Assembly: GCF_006345805.1 (NCBI RefSeq)
Contig: NC_043001.1
Coordinates: forward strand, 71,982,001 to 72,046,000
Origin: Octopus sinensis
Taxonomy: Eukaryota
Length of the DNA: 64,000 bases
Direction: 5' to 3'
Shown piece after piece: positions 1-64,000 of the stretch. Numbering within the stretch: the first letter of the stretch is position 1; every line of letters begins with the position of its first letter. The notes beneath the pieces were generated by a model, which worked only from the letters and a program-made list of their open reading frames with translations, was not told the DNA's origin and did no database searches. The translations under genes and the position numbers were made by a program.

Positions 1-656
1 AGAAGCAAGCGTTACTTGGGAAATGGTGTTTATCCCCATGTCAGCTCTTATCTTGCAGACCCTTTATGATCAAAAGGTTTCAGGAATGACCATCCTACGG
101 CTATCCGTATGCTGCATTAGGCACTCCGTTTTAGGATAGATTTTTTTGTTTTTCAAACCCACTTCTAAATCTTTTAATACCCCTTTTTTAAGACCCTGTT
201 TTTCTAGCTTTTGAGCATCACATATTCATATTCTGAAAGCAAAAAGTTTTTTACATATAAAAAAAAATAAAGTTACAGGTTCTGAATATCTGGTATTGAA
301 AACAACAATCTAAACACATGTATAGATAGATAGATAAATAGCCTGCCTAGCAAACAGGGAAGCGCATTGTGGCCAGCGGTGTATGATAACATCCAATAAT
401 CTTATCGCTCTCTCAGAGTGTAATATCAATTGATGAATGTCAAAAACAACAGGAGTTATGTAATCACTTATTAGTTCACAACTTTCTGCTACAAGAAGCA
501 GTGCACTTGGAGCATAAAGTTAGAGTTTAAAAAATAGCTGAAAGGGATTAAGTGCCAAAGTGATAGATTAGTTTTTTTTTCTTATGTATAATAATAAATA
601 AGAAAAGAAGTCTTACATAATTTAAACTAACTAGTTGTCAGTATTTAGAATTTGTT

Positions 657-868
657 AAGGTGGTGAGCTGGCAGAATTGTTAGCACACCAGGCAAAATAA
701 CAGCATTTCTCCTGTCTTTATGTTCTGAGTTCAAATTCCACTGAGGTTGACTTTGCCCGTTTCATCCTTTTGGGGTCGATAAAATAAGTACCAGTTGAGT
801 ACTGGGGCCAATGTAAAATGACTTACTCCTACCCCCAAACTTGCTGGCCTTTGCCAAAACTTGAAATC
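657..868 (+). mobile_element. tRNA-derived SINE, family A (representative copy)
   Basis: Head gtgagctggcagaa..., B-box-like gagttcaaattcc, core ctttgcctttcatcc...ggtcgataaaataagtaccag. Other approximate copies: 885-1090, 7650-7850, 10420-10640, 15820-16030, 19185-19395, 27775-27995(-), 35441-35636, 36370-36520(-), 36640-36805, 48150-48350(-). Confidence 0.8.
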
Positions 869-1454
869 AGTATTTAAAATTTATAAGGCAAGCAAGCTAG
901 CAGAATGAATACACTGGGCAAAATGTTTTGTAGAATTTTGTCTGTCTTTCTTAGTTCAAATTCTGCCAAGGTTGACTTTGCCTCTCATCTTTTCGGATTC
1001 AATAAAATAAGTACCAGTTGAGCACTGAATGGATGTAATCAACTTACCCTCTCCTCTGCAATTGCCACCCTTGTGCGAAAATTTGAAACCATTATTTAGA
1101 ATTTATCAGCTTAAATTTCTTGAGACTCCATTGTCACATGTTTAACTTTTCAGTTGCATTTTTCTTGTATGATGTCTTGTGTAGGTATCTTCAGGTTGAC
1201 AAACTTATTGTGAGTGAAATTTAGTCAGTGGAAACTGTGTAGAAGCCTCTTGGATGAAGTGTCTTTTATTTGGACTAGTATGGTTTAGCACTATTTTGAC
1301 TCTAGGCTGTTTTTAGCAGAGTTGATTCTATTTCAAGTGTTTGGGCAATGTTGACTGTTGCTGCACTGACCAAGCCTTTTTAACCCCCCCCCCCCATCTT
1401 GGTGGCCCATTATTTGATCAGTATTGTTTGCAATGTTGTTTCATATTTCAACAG

Positions 1455-61269
<59,815 letters not shown>

Positions 61270-61898
61270 GTAAGTATCTAGTTATTCTTGACCAACAACA
61301 GAAAATTTATGATCATTTATGGAACTGGTAACTTCTATCTTTCAAGATGGAAATTTATGGATAGCATTGTGCAGTAACATATAGATATATACAAGGGACT
61401 GCTGAAAAGTTCCCAGCTTTAAGGGTATCGTGAAAGGCATAGTGGACAGTTTGACAGGAGCTAAAGGGCTGTTCAGGCTCCTTGTCTGATTTGGTTTCTA
61501 CAGCTGGATGCCCTTCTTAACACCTATATCTATCTATATATATATATATAATAGCACTGTGCAGTAATGTAGTTACAGGTACAACATTGTAGAATGGTGC
61601 ACAAGCATAACAGCCCCTGTGTATGTGTAGTGATCATCATCATTTGACTTTCATTTTTCTTGCTGACATGGGTTGGGGAGTTTGGCAGGGATCAACAAGC
61701 TTGAGAACTGCATCAAGCTCCAGTGTCTGCTTTGACCTGATTTCTATGACTGGATGCCTTTCCTCATGCCAACCACTTCACAGTATGCTGGATGCTTTTT
61801 ACATGACATTGGCACTGGTGAGGTCACCAAGTACAGTATTGTGCAGTAACATAAAATAATACTGTAATCTATAGATATAACAGCAATGTGCAGTAACA

Positions 61899-62247
61899 TC
61901 TATTATATAAAATCTCTTCTGTCTGTGTGTGTGTCTTCTAGGATCTCGGGCATCCTCCATCCGATTGCGCTCAAATTTGATAAGTAGATACTGATGGTAT
62001 CAGGGTGTGTCACTTAACAATAAATATTTAAATTCAATATTGAAAGATTAAAGCAGTGGTCTTGAAAAAATTACAAAAATCGATTCCAGGTGAGAATGCG
62101 ATCGATAAAGCCGTGGGAACGTGCATTTGTAAAATCGTTTTTCTTGGAATGGATAAAAAGTCTATCTATTTCTTCTTTTGCTGGTGTCTCAAATTTAGGT
62201 TAAATCTGTATTTCTTAAAGGGGCGGCCTATGGGACGGTCGGACAAG
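61899..62247 (+). mobile_element. Non-autonomous Helitron-like element
   Basis: Starts A|TCTATTATATAAAA; ends with hairpin CGGCC-TATGGGAC-GGTCG followed by CAAG|T (degenerate CTRR); A|T insertion site with no TSD. Confidence 0.55.
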
Positions 62248-64000
62248 TTGTTTTGAGAAAATTTGGTTTAAATGTTTGACAACTCAGCACTGTCCATTGG
62301 ACAGGGAGGGGGCGTTTTGCTTGTAGACATATAATAGTGAAGTGCAATAATGCACAAATTTAATAGCATTGTGCAGCAATATGGGTATGAGTACAACATT
62401 GTGCTGTAATGTACTGACATAATAGCATTGTGCAACAATGTGATGTTACATATAGACATACATTGTGTTGTAATTTACAAACATAACAGCAATATACGTA
62501 ACAGACATACCAAGCATTGTGTTACAATGTACAGGTATAATACAATGTGCAGTAGCATGAACAAATACAGCATTGTGCAGTAATATACAGACATAACAGT
62601 AATGTTCACTGCAAGGACATTAAACTCTAATATACAGAATACAACTTAAAATAACTCAAGATGATAGCTACAATTGTTTTTGTAAAAGTTTAAAGTGTAT
62701 CAGTGTTGTTCATTAGATTCTATGTTTTTGAAACTTTTATCTTTATCTTTAAAGATAGAAAATTGCTTAATATCTACACCTACACTATATTTCAATCAGT
62801 TTGATTTCCACTTGCCATCAGGTATCTTATTCTTTATCATGGGTCTGTACAAACTGAATTCACTTTCATCATCTTTTAACATTTACTTTACTGTGTTTAC
62901 ATTGGTGAGATAGATTTTTTATTGTGGCAAATTTTCTATTGTTGGATGCCTTTCTTATTGTCAACCCTCACCTGTTTTGAACTAAAGTGATAATTCCCTA
63001 CAGACAGACATGTTTACAAAGGAGATTGAGAACAAAAGACATCACTTTGTATGGTGACACTTGATTATAATTTTCATACGATGTGAAGGAAACACATGCA
63101 TGCACACACACAATGGGTTTCATTCAGTTTCTGCTTACCAAATCCACTCACATGGCTTTGGTAGGTCAGGAGTTATATTAGACAACACTTTCTCAAGATG
63201 CATACAGCCATACCTGTGCATTCGCAATGCTAGCATCATTTCTAAACAGGATTTTCAATAAGTACTTTATATATCTTTTACTTTTCATCCGTTTCAGTCA
63301 TTGGACTGCAGCCATACTGGAACACTGCCTCAAAGGGTTTAGTCAAATAAATCAACCCCACTACCTATTTTTTTTAAAGTCTGGTACTTTTTCTATCAGT
63401 CTCTTTTGCCAAACTGCTTAGTTACAAGGAGGCAAACAAATTAACACTAGTTGTCAAATGGAGGTGAGGGACATACACAAAGACACATGCATAGATATGT
63501 ATATATATAACAGGCTTTATGCATCTTCTTTATACCAAAAATACTCACAAAGCTTTGGTTGGCTCTGAGCTATAGTAAAAGACACTTACCCAAGGTGCCA
63601 CATGGTGGGACTGAACCTGGAACCATGTGTTTGAGAAATTTAATTTTTGTAAATGTGAAGAATCAATTTCAAAACTGTAAACTACCCAACATAGTTCATT
63701 AGGTTCCAGTATCTTCTACAGGTGTTTTAAAGGACATACTGGACATTGTAGTCCTTGATAAACATAGTCTGTATGGTTATAGCTGAAGTACAGTGAGTGA
63801 TTAGGTGTGTGTGTATGCACATGTACTGTGCTTTTGCTAATTGCTTTAGGTGCCTCTGCAGTTGTGAGCAGACATAGACACCCTCTTAGCCCACATCCTT
63901 GACCCAGCAGAGCATGATGACATTTTCAACCAGGCATGTCATTAGAGTGTTTGTTTAGCACAGCGGTTCTCAACCATTTTTTTTTTTTTTTACTATGGAC

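Noticed and set aside
1-1454. POLE first coding exon or promoter
   Set aside because: No ATG-containing segment with a phase 2 donor and recognisable similarity was found. The region is mostly SINE sequence, so exon 1 is probably upstream of the window.

Overview
AT-rich, repeat-dense animal genomic DNA. The SINE/LINE content looks like an octopod cephalopod, which is an inference from repeat style and not a database result. The whole window lies inside one + strand gene, POLE (DNA polymerase epsilon catalytic subunit). I traced 28 GT-AG exons from 1455 to 61269 (4031 coding bp, about 1343 codons, reading frame continuous across every junction). They cover the N-terminal domain, the proofreading exonuclease (ExoI DIE, ExoII YNGDFFD, ExoIII YSVSD), the P-domain/CysX cysteines, polymerase motifs A, B and C, the linker and the start of the inactive C-terminal half. 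The first coding exon and the 3' part of the gene are outside the window. The introns hold a nested collection of mobile elements: an Hsmar1-like mariner, a DD37D-like element, two near-identical non-autonomous piggyBacs, hAT and mariner MITEs, RTE and CR1 LINE fragments, a solo LTR, a Helitron-like element, many tRNA-derived SINEs and a U6 snRNA pseudogene. The most striking unannotated signal is a set of minimal type I hammerhead ribozyme motifs from three unrelated Penelope/retrozyme-like inserts (four motifs in total). One is on the POLE sense strand inside a perfect 256-bp inverted repeat, and another sits in a 396-bp unit with 97-bp terminal redundancy. There are also long foldback elements capped by tRNA-like or B-box cores. 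All alignments and folds were done by eye, and repeat boundaries are approximate unless a target-site duplication fixes them.
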